DNA from: a virus
Lineage: Duplodnaviria; Caudoviricetes
Length of the DNA: 30,442 nt
Direction: 5' to 3' (one strand)
IMG/VR virus record: IMGVR_UViG_3300016265_001897
Span: 1-30,442 of that record
Of the stretch, positions 1-8,775 are shown piece by piece (the first letter of the stretch is position 1; each line of letters starts with the position of its first letter). The notes beneath the pieces were generated by a model that had not been told where the DNA came from, did no database searches, and saw nothing but the letters and a program-made list of their open reading frames with translations. The position numbers were made by a program, and so were the translations under genes.

Positions 1-199
1 GAATCAACACAAGCGTGGGCGCTTTCCAGCTTCATTGTTCTACTACACTATCGAGCAGGAATGCTGCATCGGTATGCTTGATCTGTTAGAGCGCTATTTC
101 ATAATGAAGTATCGTAGCATCAGCCCATTTGGATTTAATGAGCAGGTGAATAGCTACAACCAGTTCAGGCGTTCAAGCGTGCAAGAGAAGAAGAAGAAA
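1..199. repeat. Terminal direct repeat, left copy (probable assembly circularisation overlap)
   Basis: 1-199 (GAATCAACACAAGCGTGGGC...GAAGAAGAAA) is identical to 30244-30442, giving a 30,243 bp circle. The repeat lies inside a coding gene. Confidence 0.95.
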
Positions 200-403
200 A
201 CACTATCAGATATTGCAAAATCGCAGTGGCAAAATGATCGCGAAAGAATGGTAATGTCGATGTCTGACAGAAAGAAACCGCCTCCCTTCAGTGAAGAGCA
301 TCGACTCAGGATGTCTCAAAGTAGGACGGGAAAGAAGTTCTCAGAAGAAACAAAGGCTAAGCTCTCTGCTGCCGCAAAGAACCGCAGCAAAAAAAGAAAG
401 TGA
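1..403 (+). CDS. GIY-YIG homing endonuclease with NUMOD3-like C-terminal motifs (3' part; gene starts at GTG 30164 and crosses the circular junction, ~160 aa)
   Basis: The joined translation reads MIGIYRITCKATGKIYIGQSTKIESRWNQHKRG...LERYFIMKY...GFN, which contains GIY, YIG and the conserved R, E and N residues. It is followed by FSEEHRLRMSQSRTGKKFSEETKAKLSAA (two NUMOD3-like motifs). In frame with track ORF 35..403. Confidence 0.92.
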   Translation, partial: NQHKRGRFPASLFYYTIEQECCIGMLDLLERYFIMKYRSISPFGFNEQVNSYNQFRRSSVQEKKKKTLSDIAKSQWQNDRERMVMSMSDRKKPPPFSEEHRLRMSQSRTGKKFSEETKAKLSAAAKNRSKKRK

Positions 404-1882
404 ATGATGAACATCAAGGATGTGCTCGCCGATCCTGTGCTCTTCTGCAGTCGTCTCCAAATCGTTGATAAGCGCGGTCGTCCCTGCAAGCTGGCGCTCA
501 GGAGCGAGCAGATCGCGATCATCGAGGCACTCGCAGCAGGGGATGACACGCTTGTCCTGAAGGCACGGCAGATCGGCTCAACCACGGCGGTCGCTGCCTT
601 CTTCTTCTGGAAGTGGTTCACGGCCGATGGTCCCGAGACCTACGTGAGCCTGAGCCACAAGCTTGCCTCAGCGAAGCATATCCTTGCCATCCAGCAGCGC
701 TTCTATGAGGGACTGCCCAAGGCACTGCGAAGGTCACTGTCTGTTAGTAACACCACAACCATGACACTCGCTGATACGGGCGCAACTCTGATGGCTGCCT
801 CAGCCGAGGGCAAGGGCGGACTGCGAAGCTTCACCGCCACGGGACTGCATATCTCGGAGTTCGCATTCACTCCCAATGCCGAGGAGCTGAAGGCAACGGC
901 GATCGCTGCTCTCAACGGTGGTCAGCTCTGCATCGAGAGCACGGCAAACTTCTTCGGTGATCCGCTGCACAAGGAGATAGAGCTCTGGGATGCGGAGCTC
1001 GTTGACTGGAACTTCCTGTTCTTCCCATGGACCGAGCACGCGGAATACAGCGAGCCGCCACCTGAAGGATTCCAATGCGACGACTCGCTCGATCTCTCAC
1101 CGGGCCAGCAATACTGGATGGCCCGCATGATGGGCAAGCTGGGGGAGACGAAGTTCCGCCGTGAGTATCCGCTCTCGGTCGATGATGCCTACGCCCAGAC
1201 TGACGGCGCCTGGATAGAGGCGGAGATGCTGAAGGACATACAGGTGGTGAAGCTCGAGCCCGAGGGCGGACAGCTCCACGCTGTGGATCACAACGACAGG
1301 TATGCGATCGGAGTTGACACAGGCGCTGGGACCGGGGGAGACTACTCAGCGCTCGTTGTGGTCTCAGCGACAAGCGGTCAGCCCGTCGATATCCGACGCA
1401 GCAACCGGCACACACCGACAGAGTGGGCTGAGGTTGTCGCGGATGCATCGAGGAAATGGAAGGATGCGAAGGTTCTCGTCGAGAGCAACGGAACCTGGGG
1501 CGGTGTGGTCATCACCGAGCTGAAGCACTGCGGTGTCCCACTGTGGAAGGATGCTGACGGCAAGGACTGGATCACCAATGCATCGACGAAACCAAAGATG
1601 CTCGAGGCCCTGAAGGATACTATCAGTCGCGGTGGGCTGACGATGCTCGATAGCTGGACGATCGGTGAGCTGCGATCCTTCAAGGTGGATGACCGTGGCA
1701 ATCCTTTCTGCCCTCGCGGTGGTGTCCACCATGGAGACACGGTGATCGCGTTATCTCTCGCTCTTCAGTGCGTGCAGAAGGTGAGCGTTCCCGATCGCCC
1801 TTACCTCCCAGACTGGATCATCGCCAGACGGACGGCTGAGGCGTATAAGAACGCCGGCAAGCAACAATTTCGCAGATACTAA
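404..1882 (+). CDS. terL: Terminase large subunit
   Basis: Walker A-like VLKARQIGSTT, Walker B-like LHISEFAF, motif III IESTAN, RNase H-fold nuclease YAIGVDTGAG..DYS and C-terminal HGDTVIALSLA. Directly upstream of the portal. Confidence 0.93.
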   Translation: MMNIKDVLADPVLFCSRLQIVDKRGRPCKLALRSEQIAIIEALAAGDDTLVLKARQIGSTTAVAAFFFWKWFTADGPETYVSLSHKLASAKHILAIQQRFYEGLPKALRRSLSVSNTTTMTLADTGATLMAASAEGKGGLRSFTATGLHISEFAFTPNAEELKATAIAALNGGQLCIESTANFFGDPLHKEIELWDAELVDWNFLFFPWTEHAEYSEPPPEGFQCDDSLDLSPGQQYWMARMMGKLGETKFRREYPLSVDDAYAQTDGAWIEAEMLKDIQVVKLEPEGGQLHAVDHNDRYAIGVDTGAGTGGDYSALVVVSATSGQPVDIRRSNRHTPTEWAEVVADASRKWKDAKVLVESNGTWGGVVITELKHCGVPLWKDADGKDWITNASTKPKMLEALKDTISRGGLTMLDSWTIGELRSFKVDDRGNPFCPRGGVHHGDTVIALSLALQCVQKVSVPDRPYLPDWIIARRTAEAYKNAGKQQFRRY

Positions 1883-1901
1883 ATATTTTTGCAGAGTTCG
1901 A

Positions 1902-1910
1902 TATACTTAG
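1902..1910 (+). promoter_or_regulatory. TATAnTTAG promoter-like motif (TATACTTAG) before portal
   Basis: Located in the short AT-rich terL-portal gap. The same motif recurs at other module boundaries. Confidence 0.6.
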
Positions 1911-1918
1911 GAGACAGC

Positions 1919-3532
1919 ATGGCACGCACAGAGAAAGACAGGATACAGTTCATCAGAGCTTCGCTCCAGCAGCACACCGACTACTGGGATGAGATGCGTC
2001 CTCAGATGCGCCGTTACCGCAACGCCTACATGACCAAGTTCTACGAGGACATGGACTCGGTTGACGCTGACAGCAGCATTCGAGTCGAGACTGCCGATGC
2101 CTATGCCTCCATTGAATCGCTGATGGGCTCACTCTTCACCAAGTATCCATCGGTTGAGGTGGCACCTGATATCACGGGCAAGGGAGATCTCGGGCTAACA
2201 AAGGAGATCAGCAACAACTGGCTGAAGACCTGCCGTTCCCAGATTGAGAACGCTGCACGCATGTCCCTCATCTACACGCATTCCTTCCTGAAGCTTGCAC
2301 CGCGTGAGAGCAACAACATCCTCACCAAGGTTGCGATGCGGGCTGTGCCGCCGTGGCAGGTGATCCTTGACCGCGATGCTGCTGCCTGGGAGGACAGTCG
2401 ATTCATCGGTCACGTCTACTACATCAGCGTTGACGAGGCGACCGAGAAGTTCGGCTCCAAGAAGTGGAACGGCACAGCCCAGCGTGACTACTTCACAGAC
2501 TACGAGCGCAACACCGATCGGAGCTATCGCAGCTACGGTGACAGCCCTGATCTCCCAAACGAGTATCTCTACATCGAGATCGTGGAGATGTATGACTTCA
2601 TCAACAAGGAGCTCCTGTTCTGGTCATCGCAGTGGAAGAACGGTGAGGAGCTGCTTGACAAGGCGAGCATCCCGGTGATGACATTCGATGGTCGTCCCCT
2701 CAGCAACATCGTTCCCTTCTACTTCGCACGCCGTCCTGACCGTCCCATGGAGGGATACTCAGCCCTTGGTCGTGTCTATGACCAGTGCTTCGAGAAGAAC
2801 ATCCTCCGCACCTTCTGGGCAAACGCGGTCCGCCGTGACAGCCGCCAGTTCATCTACAAGGAGGGCGCCTTCGATGAGGAGGCGCTCGCCAAGATCACGA
2901 GCGGTGTCGATGGTGCGATGATCCCGACAGACAGTGACACCATCACCGGTCTCATCGATCAGGTGCCTGTCACTCCCATCAGCAGCAACCACGCTGCCTA
3001 CCTCAACTACATCGAGCAGGATCTTCAGAAGGGATCGCTCACAGCGGGCTTCACGAGGGGCGAGGCAAGTCGGGCAACGGCGACTGAGGTGACTGCCCTC
3101 ATGCAGTATACGGCAAGTGAGCTCGGTAAGATGGCCCGTGACCGCGACTCCACCATCGAGGCTGCCGTCCTCCTCTACATCCGCATGCTGCTGCCGTTGG
3201 TCGATGACAGCGAGCGACTTGTTGTTGCGACGCCCGATGGCGCCAAGATCCTCAGCTCCGCCAAGATCGATGCTGACTGGACCTTCTACGCCACTGACGG
3301 TGGCTCAACTCCGATGACCGACATGGTTCGCAAGCAGCAGATCCTGCAGCTCCTCCCAATCCTTCCAGGTCTCGGTGTCCCAGCGGCTGTCATCAAGGAG
3401 GAGGTCATCAGGCTCTTCGAGCTCCCAGCAAGCTTCGCTCAGGAAGCTCCTGAAGCGGCTGCCACCTCAGTCGAGCGCCCACAGGCGGCAACTCCTGAGG
3501 CAACAGTCTCTGATGTTATTGGTGGTGCCTAA
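1919..3532 (+). CDS. Portal protein
   Basis: 537 aa from ATG 1919 (AGGAG upstream). Lies after terL; mostly helical; portal-like segments VPPWQVILD and RGEASRATATEV. Confidence 0.85.
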   Translation: MARTEKDRIQFIRASLQQHTDYWDEMRPQMRRYRNAYMTKFYEDMDSVDADSSIRVETADAYASIESLMGSLFTKYPSVEVAPDITGKGDLGLTKEISNNWLKTCRSQIENAARMSLIYTHSFLKLAPRESNNILTKVAMRAVPPWQVILDRDAAAWEDSRFIGHVYYISVDEATEKFGSKKWNGTAQRDYFTDYERNTDRSYRSYGDSPDLPNEYLYIEIVEMYDFINKELLFWSSQWKNGEELLDKASIPVMTFDGRPLSNIVPFYFARRPDRPMEGYSALGRVYDQCFEKNILRTFWANAVRRDSRQFIYKEGAFDEEALAKITSGVDGAMIPTDSDTITGLIDQVPVTPISSNHAAYLNYIEQDLQKGSLTAGFTRGEASRATATEVTALMQYTASELGKMARDRDSTIEAAVLLYIRMLLPLVDDSERLVVATPDGAKILSSAKIDADWTFYATDGGSTPMTDMVRKQQILQLLPILPGLGVPAAVIKEEVIRLFELPASFAQEAPEAAATSVERPQAATPEATVSDVIGGA

Positions 3533-3534
3533 GC

Positions 3535-4014
3535 ATGCCCTGCTACGAATACAAGTGTGACAGCTGCGGTGGCGTCTCTGATCATTTCATGTCATGGCAG
3601 CGGAGCCAGGAGGTTGACATCATCTGCGGGAAGTGCGAGGTTCCGAAGCGCAAGCTGATCAGCCTTCCGGCAAAGACCGCCACTCTGTGGAACGCGGGCT
3701 GGAATAGTGGCCTCAGCAACAACGGTTTCTACAGCTACTCAGCTGGGCAGCAGGTTGCCAACAAGCGTGAGGAGGAAGCGATCATGCGCTCACGTGGATA
3801 CATCAATGAGAAGGATCTTGGCGGTGAGAACTTCTACAATGATTACATGACCGAGAAGAAGAATGAGCGCGATGCTCTTGACGCCACCGCAAAGACCTAC
3901 AGGGAGAACCTGAGGAAGTTCGATGGGGATAAGGTCCGTGCTGTTACGGAAACATTCCCAGCCCATGAGATGCTGAAGCAAGCAGCCGATCACGATGCCA
4001 AGAAAGGAGCCTAA
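3535..4014 (+). CDS. FmdB-like zinc-ribbon protein
   Basis: N-terminus MPCYEYKCDSCG...CGKC...RKLISLP matches the MPxYEYxCxxCG/CxxC FmdB zinc-ribbon pattern. Confidence 0.75.
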   Translation: MPCYEYKCDSCGGVSDHFMSWQRSQEVDIICGKCEVPKRKLISLPAKTATLWNAGWNSGLSNNGFYSYSAGQQVANKREEEAIMRSRGYINEKDLGGENFYNDYMTEKKNERDALDATAKTYRENLRKFDGDKVRAVTETFPAHEMLKQAADHDAKKGA

Positions 4015-4015
4015 C

Positions 4016-4534
4016 ATGACACCTGATGAGAAGATGGAACTTGAGAAGATGCGTGCCGAGGCGATGAGCCGATCGGCTGACGTCGAGGAGAGCGAGGACG
4101 AGCTCTACACCGCGGTCTCGCCGAAGGGCAAGTTCAGCGGCAAGGCGCTCAACTCGCTTGTCGATGCTGTCAACCGCCTGCTGCCGCTCTTCGGAATCGA
4201 GGAGAAGTATGATCGCTTCGGTGGTGGGACCGTGGCGTCACTGCCCCCCGAGTTCGTGCGCCTGCTGACGATGTTCAGCCGTGCGATCGCTGACGCTGTT
4301 GATGCAGGCATCCTGCCCGATGACGCCATCGTCGATATGAAGATAATCGTCGATGACAGCGGTCTGCAGGGACTTGCTGGTCGCATCGGCATGGCAGCGA
4401 AGAGCCCAGGCTTCAAGCGCTGGCTGCTCCGCAAGGTGACTGCCGCCGGCGGTGAGGAGATGAAGGAGGGCGAGGAGACTGGCGACGAATCGACCTCAGA
4501 GGACACTGATAATCTATTCAAGGAGAGAATGTAA
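4016..4534 (+). CDS. Hypothetical acidic protein in head module
   Basis: ATG 4016 follows AAGGAG. Fills the gap between neighbouring genes and has typical codon usage. Confidence 0.75.
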   Translation: MTPDEKMELEKMRAEAMSRSADVEESEDELYTAVSPKGKFSGKALNSLVDAVNRLLPLFGIEEKYDRFGGGTVASLPPEFVRLLTMFSRAIADAVDAGILPDDAIVDMKIIVDDSGLQGLAGRIGMAAKSPGFKRWLLRKVTAAGGEEMKEGEETGDESTSEDTDNLFKERM

Positions 4535-4537
4535 CAC

Positions 4538-5386
4538 ATGTCAACCATCGCAGCCACGCCGTCCACGGCACCTGCACAGACCGCCACCAGCACCACTGGC
4601 GAGCCCGTGCAGTCACTCAATACGGGAACCAATGGTGCACCAGGGGGGAGCGAGAATAATGTAACAGAGAGCACGGGAGGGGGAGCGGATGAGGATGTCG
4701 ATCTCTCCCTTGACGAGCTCGTTGGTCCCGAGTTCGACGACCATCCTGACCTGAAGGGCGGGCACAAGGGACTGCCCGACTACAAGAAGATCCTCGAGCA
4801 CCTGCCTGAGAATGGGCGTAAGCTCCTCGGCAACCTGCGCTCGAGCTACACTCAGAAGACGCAGGAGCTTGCCGAGGCTCGCCGCCAGCTTGAGGCTGAG
4901 AGGGCAAAGCTCGAGCGTGACAGGCAGCTTCTGACGGAGAGTGAGTGGGCGAAGCAGGTCCGTGCCCAGGCCGAGGCTCCACTCCAGCATGATGCTTGGA
5001 GCGATGAGGGGCTGCAGGAACGGATCAACAAGCAGGCTGCTGAGATGATGCAGCGGATGCTCTCACCGCTCCAGCAGGACCTCGAGGCACAGCGCCGCCA
5101 GGTGGCTCTCGACAGCTTCAAGTCCCAGCATCCTGATCTCACATCCGATGAGATCCGCGTGCCTGTTGCCCGCCTCCTGATGGATCGACCTGAGCTGAAG
5201 CTCGAGGATGCATACTTCATCGTGAAGGGACAGGTGAGTCGCCAGCAGGCGGATGCCGTCAAGCAGGCCCAGCGGGAGACGCTGAAGAAGACAAGCACCG
5301 GCAACGCTGTCCGCAATGCCCAGCCCCCCAAGTTCAAGTCCGCCTGGGAAGCTTACCAGTATCACAAGGCGAACGGCGGTAGATGA
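4538..5386 (+). CDS. Capsid scaffolding protein (putative)
   Basis: Disordered acidic N-terminus, YTQKTQELAEARRQLE coiled coil, LEDAY motif and short C-terminal SAWEAY helix. Immediately upstream of the capsid gene. Confidence 0.75.
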   Translation: MSTIAATPSTAPAQTATSTTGEPVQSLNTGTNGAPGGSENNVTESTGGGADEDVDLSLDELVGPEFDDHPDLKGGHKGLPDYKKILEHLPENGRKLLGNLRSSYTQKTQELAEARRQLEAERAKLERDRQLLTESEWAKQVRAQAEAPLQHDAWSDEGLQERINKQAAEMMQRMLSPLQQDLEAQRRQVALDSFKSQHPDLTSDEIRVPVARLLMDRPELKLEDAYFIVKGQVSRQQADAVKQAQRETLKKTSTGNAVRNAQPPKFKSAWEAYQYHKANGGR

Positions 5387-5462
5387 AAAAAAATATGCAA
5401 CGGGGAGCGATTAATCCGCGTGACATAATATGTATGATAAAATCAGTGCAACTTCTCCCGAC

Positions 5463-5577
5463 TGCCACGATGGATCCGAGAGGACAACCGGAGTGGGAAC
5501 TGAGGAAAGCGGAGCCGATGAGGCTAACCGAACCGTCAGTCACTCGCTCATCCCAGCAATTCCGCTGGGGGGCGGCA
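5463..5577 (+). ncRNA. Putative structured 5' leader RNA of the major capsid gene
   Basis: Nested complementary segments: TGCC5463/GGCA5574, TCC-GAGA-GGA 5475-5484, GAGTG5491/CACTC5541, ACTGA5499/TCAGT5536, GCC-GATGA-GGC 5514-5524, CCCAGC5552/GCTGGG5564. Confidence 0.55.
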
Positions 5578-5610
5578 TCAATCAATCAGTCAATCTAAGG
5601 AGTCATAACA

Positions 5611-6633
5611 ATGCCTATTTCCAATGAACTCCTCAGCTCGACTCTGTTCAGCATCCGTGACGGCGAGGTAGACGAGCTCTTCCAGAGAGTTCCCTTCCTC
5701 GACTTCGCCAAGAAGCTGGGCGGCATCGAGTATGAGGACGGCGGGATCAAGATCCAGCGCCCCCTCGCTGTGAGCAACCACAGCACCATCACCCCGCTCC
5801 CCACCGGTTACGAGCCTGTCTCCCTCGCGGTGCAGGACGTCATGCAGCCCGCTCTCTACGAGTGGTCTGACTTCGTGGCGCCCATCGTCATCACGAAGAA
5901 GGAAGAGCTCGAGAACAGCGGCGAGAAGGCGATCGTGAAGATCGTCGAGGCCCGCATGCGTAACGTGATGGGGCTGCTCCGTCGTGAGATCAACAAGCAG
6001 CTCGTCGCTGGTAACTCTGCGGTGCTCACCTCCCTCGGCACTCTGAACGGTGTCGCCACGACCACGGGCTTCCTCGAGCAGGGCGCCCCGACGGCGGCCG
6101 GTCAGACGAACCCCGTTGGTGGTCTTGCCCGTTCGCTCGTCCCGGACGGCAACGGTCTCTTCAACCGCATCTTTGACGCGGCCGGCGCCTTCGGCACCAA
6201 CGGCATCCGCGGCATGCACCAGATCGCGGCTGAGACCTCGGCCCGCGCCCCGATGGGAGAGGTGAAGCTCGTCCTCGCTTCCGAGGCTGGCTACGCCAAC
6301 TACCGTCGTGCGCTCTTCGCCCAGGAGCGTTACATCGACGAGAAGCAGCTTAACGCTGGTTACATGTCCCTCGCCTTCGGCAACGCCGCGGTCGTCCAGG
6401 ATGTGTTCATGCCGGACGCTTCGGTCAACGGCGCTGGTAACGCGGCGACGATGTATTTCATCAACTTCGACGGTATCAAGCTTGTGATGCACTCCGACGG
6501 CGACCTCGTTGTCAGCCCGTTCGAGTATATCCCGGGCACGACCGCTCGTTCGGCGCAGATCTACTGGAAGGGCCAGCTCATCGCTGACAACCTTGCCAGC
6601 TGCGCTCTGCTCTTCAACGGGGAGGTCTTCTAA
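5611..6633 (+). CDS. Major capsid protein (HK97 fold expected)
   Basis: 340 aa with strong SD (TAAGGAG) and the most biased codon usage in the genome. Motifs GGIKIQRPL, YEWSDFVAPIVIT, NSGEKAIVKIVEARM and TMYFINFD. Follows the scaffold gene. Confidence 0.88.
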   Translation: MPISNELLSSTLFSIRDGEVDELFQRVPFLDFAKKLGGIEYEDGGIKIQRPLAVSNHSTITPLPTGYEPVSLAVQDVMQPALYEWSDFVAPIVITKKEELENSGEKAIVKIVEARMRNVMGLLRREINKQLVAGNSAVLTSLGTLNGVATTTGFLEQGAPTAAGQTNPVGGLARSLVPDGNGLFNRIFDAAGAFGTNGIRGMHQIAAETSARAPMGEVKLVLASEAGYANYRRALFAQERYIDEKQLNAGYMSLAFGNAAVVQDVFMPDASVNGAGNAATMYFINFDGIKLVMHSDGDLVVSPFEYIPGTTARSAQIYWKGQLIADNLASCALLFNGEVF

Positions 6634-6635
6634 TC

Positions 6636-7160
6636 ATGGCAACTTCAACTCTCGTTCAGTATCTCGAAGCGAGCGGTGTCTCGGTCAGCGGCGCGTCCGT
6701 TGCCCTCGGCACCACTCCCTCCGACCGTCTGCAGAAGGAGACCTTCCTCACCGAGTCTGCCATCACCAAGGGCCAGCTCGTTGCGGTGGATGTCTCCAAG
6801 ATGGCGACCGACACGACCGGTGGCAGCACCGCGCTGACCGTCATCACCGCTGACTACAACTCCGCCACGGTCCAGAAGATCGTTGTCGGTGTTGCGGCGG
6901 CCTCGGTGACGGGCACCGCGACCTCCCCCCAGCCGATCGAGGTCATCGTCCGTGGTCCCGCTCTCGCGGTCCCGGCCGTTGGCGCGATTGCCCAGGGCGA
7001 TCCGGTGGTCCTCGATCCGGCCGGTGCGGCTGGTTCCTGCGCGGCCCAGGGCGCTTACAACTCCGCTTCCGCTAACCTCGTGAGTGAGGCCGTTGGCTTC
7101 GCCATGACGGCTGCGGCTGCCGGTGTTGTGAACGTCTACGTGCTCGGTAAGGGCATCTAG
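6636..7160 (+). CDS. Capsid cement/decoration protein (putative)
   Basis: Ala/Gly/Val-rich with AITKGQLV..VVGVA..VIVRGP..AIAQGDPV pattern. Co-transcribed with the capsid gene ahead of a terminator and has similar codon bias. Confidence 0.7.
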   Translation: MATSTLVQYLEASGVSVSGASVALGTTPSDRLQKETFLTESAITKGQLVAVDVSKMATDTTGGSTALTVITADYNSATVQKIVVGVAAASVTGTATSPQPIEVIVRGPALAVPAVGAIAQGDPVVLDPAGAAGSCAAQGAYNSASANLVSEAVGFAMTAAAAGVVNVYVLGKGI

Positions 7161-7174
7161 CTCACAGTGGAAGT

Positions 7175-7209
7175 CGGGCGGTCCTCAATTGCGGGGACCG
7201 CCCGCTTTT
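7175..7209 (+). terminator. Intrinsic terminator after capsid and cement genes
   Basis: CGGGCGGTCCTC-AATTGC-GGGGACCGCCCG stem followed by CTTTT. Confidence 0.8.
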
Positions 7210-7221
7210 GCAATCTGACAG

Positions 7222-7230
7222 TATAATTAG
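7222..7230 (+). promoter_or_regulatory. TATAnTTAG motif (TATAATTAG) before tail module
   Basis: Immediately after the terminator and before GAGGAG/GTG 7245. Contains a perfect TATAAT. Confidence 0.65.
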
Positions 7231-7244
7231 ATGAGGAGCAAACT

Positions 7245-8774
7245 GTGAACCTAACCGAGATACGCAATAAGGTCAAGTCCATCACGGACTACTCACCTGA
7301 GCTGACAGTCTACAACGAGCAGCTCGACCTCCTCATCAATGACGCTTACAATGCCATCTGGACCGAGAAGCGTTGGAAGTGGGCGCAGAAAACAATCTTC
7401 ATGGACATCTGGCCCGATGTCGTCCCACTTCAGCCGGATGGCACAACCAAGAACGCAGGTGTGGTCAACAACCGTCGCCGCGTTACATTCAGCGGTGTTG
7501 TTGGGGCTCTCGCTGGCTATCCCTACATCTGGGAAGGTCAGATCATAGAGATCCAGGGCCGCGACTACTTCATCGACCAGGTGATCAGCGGAACAGAGAT
7601 CCGGCTTCGTGAGCCGTTCCGTGGCACCTCGAACGTGGATGATACGACATGGAAGATCAAGCATCGTTTCTACGATCTCCCAGCCGATGCGATCGAGATC
7701 CTTGGACTCCTCCACAAGGACACGCCGGCTGCTGGCAAGATCCCACCGTATGGTGCGGTCCGTGGCATCACCGCCCGTCGTGAGGAGGACCTCAACCTCC
7801 GCGAGGACTTCACCAGTTTCTACTCCCAGGCCTACATCCCATACGGCACAAGCAACGTCCCACCTGCCGAGACACTCGGACTGGTCACTTCTGGGATCGA
7901 GGGCACCATTCCAGCAGGAACTTACCTTGAGCTCTGCTGGGCATTCGAGACCGATGGTGGTCGCAAGGTTGGGGCACTCAGCGAATCGAAGATTATCAAT
8001 GTGACAGGTCAGATCGGCGGTGGCCCGAGCGGTATCCAGGTCTCGTTCCTCACATTCGACGGTGTTCCCGTCCAGGCACCAGCTTACCTCAATGATATTG
8101 ACCAGGTGATGAACCAGTTTGAGGGACTGAAGAAGCGGATCTATTTCAACCAGAACTTCAACAGGACGACCGGCGTCCGACTGCCAGGTCTCCCAGTCTG
8201 GCGTGAGGTGACGATCGGCAGCACCTATGTCGCTCCTGGCACTGCAGGTCTCAGCACCGAGAATGATCCAGTCACGGTGCCCGATACAGTCGCAACATAC
8301 AACATCATCAGCCTGACTCAGGTGAATCCTGGTAACAAGCGCTACATCGATTACGATGGACTGCACCTCCGCTTCAGGCCCTATCCACGCCCCATCGGTT
8401 CCGACTTTGTCTACCTCGCTGTCGCTGGACAAGGTGGTCCCAATCCGATCAACAATGCACCTGAGCGCCAGTTCCGCCAGTGGGAGTGCCGCTACTACCG
8501 CAAGCCACATCGTCTCGGTCTGCAGACTGACACGCCTGAGTTCCCGATCGAGTTCCACCAGCTCGTCGTCTACAAGGTCCTGCATGATATCTACTCAAAG
8601 CATGACAACCTGAGCCAGGCACAGAACTACAAGAAGAAGTATGACGATGAGATCAAGCGCCTTGAGAAACGTTATGTTGATTCCGTGGACACGAATCTCA
8701 TCAGGCAGCAGTTTGGAATTCGCGGTCGGATCTGGACACCGTTCGATCCATCTTCACTGAGGAGACTCAACTAA
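7245..8774 (+). CDS. Head-tail adaptor-like protein with large internal insertion
   Basis: N-terminus MNLTEIRNKV...LDLLINDAYNAI and C-terminus TDTPEFPIEFHQLVVYKVL...AQNYKKKY are typical of podovirus adaptors. First gene of the tail module. Confidence 0.7.
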   Translation: MNLTEIRNKVKSITDYSPELTVYNEQLDLLINDAYNAIWTEKRWKWAQKTIFMDIWPDVVPLQPDGTTKNAGVVNNRRRVTFSGVVGALAGYPYIWEGQIIEIQGRDYFIDQVISGTEIRLREPFRGTSNVDDTTWKIKHRFYDLPADAIEILGLLHKDTPAAGKIPPYGAVRGITARREEDLNLREDFTSFYSQAYIPYGTSNVPPAETLGLVTSGIEGTIPAGTYLELCWAFETDGGRKVGALSESKIINVTGQIGGGPSGIQVSFLTFDGVPVQAPAYLNDIDQVMNQFEGLKKRIYFNQNFNRTTGVRLPGLPVWREVTIGSTYVAPGTAGLSTENDPVTVPDTVATYNIISLTQVNPGNKRYIDYDGLHLRFRPYPRPIGSDFVYLAVAGQGGPNPINNAPERQFRQWECRYYRKPHRLGLQTDTPEFPIEFHQLVVYKVLHDIYSKHDNLSQAQNYKKKYDDEIKRLEKRYVDSVDTNLIRQQFGIRGRIWTPFDPSSLRRLN

Positions 8775-8775
8775 C

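Noticed and set aside
1-199. Biological direct terminal repeat or phage genome end
   Set aside because: It falls mid-gene and cannot be distinguished from an assembler overlap without reads.
35-403. Track ORF of 122 aa as a stand-alone gene
   Set aside because: It is the C-terminal part of the GIY-YIG gene that starts at 30164 across the junction.
5499-5540. Hammerhead ribozyme (CTGAGGA) or RNase P (GAGGAAAG) resemblance
   Set aside because: No correctly placed GAAA/stem III for a hammerhead, and the other RNase P conserved regions are absent.
5383-5627. Short ORFs between scaffold and capsid genes
   Set aside because: Atypical composition; better explained by a promoter plus structured leader.
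7293-8585. 430-aa antisense ORF (also 5590-6492, 4105-4767, 23413-24021 and others)
   Set aside because: Shadow frames of strongly codon-biased + strand genes, with no motifs or SD.
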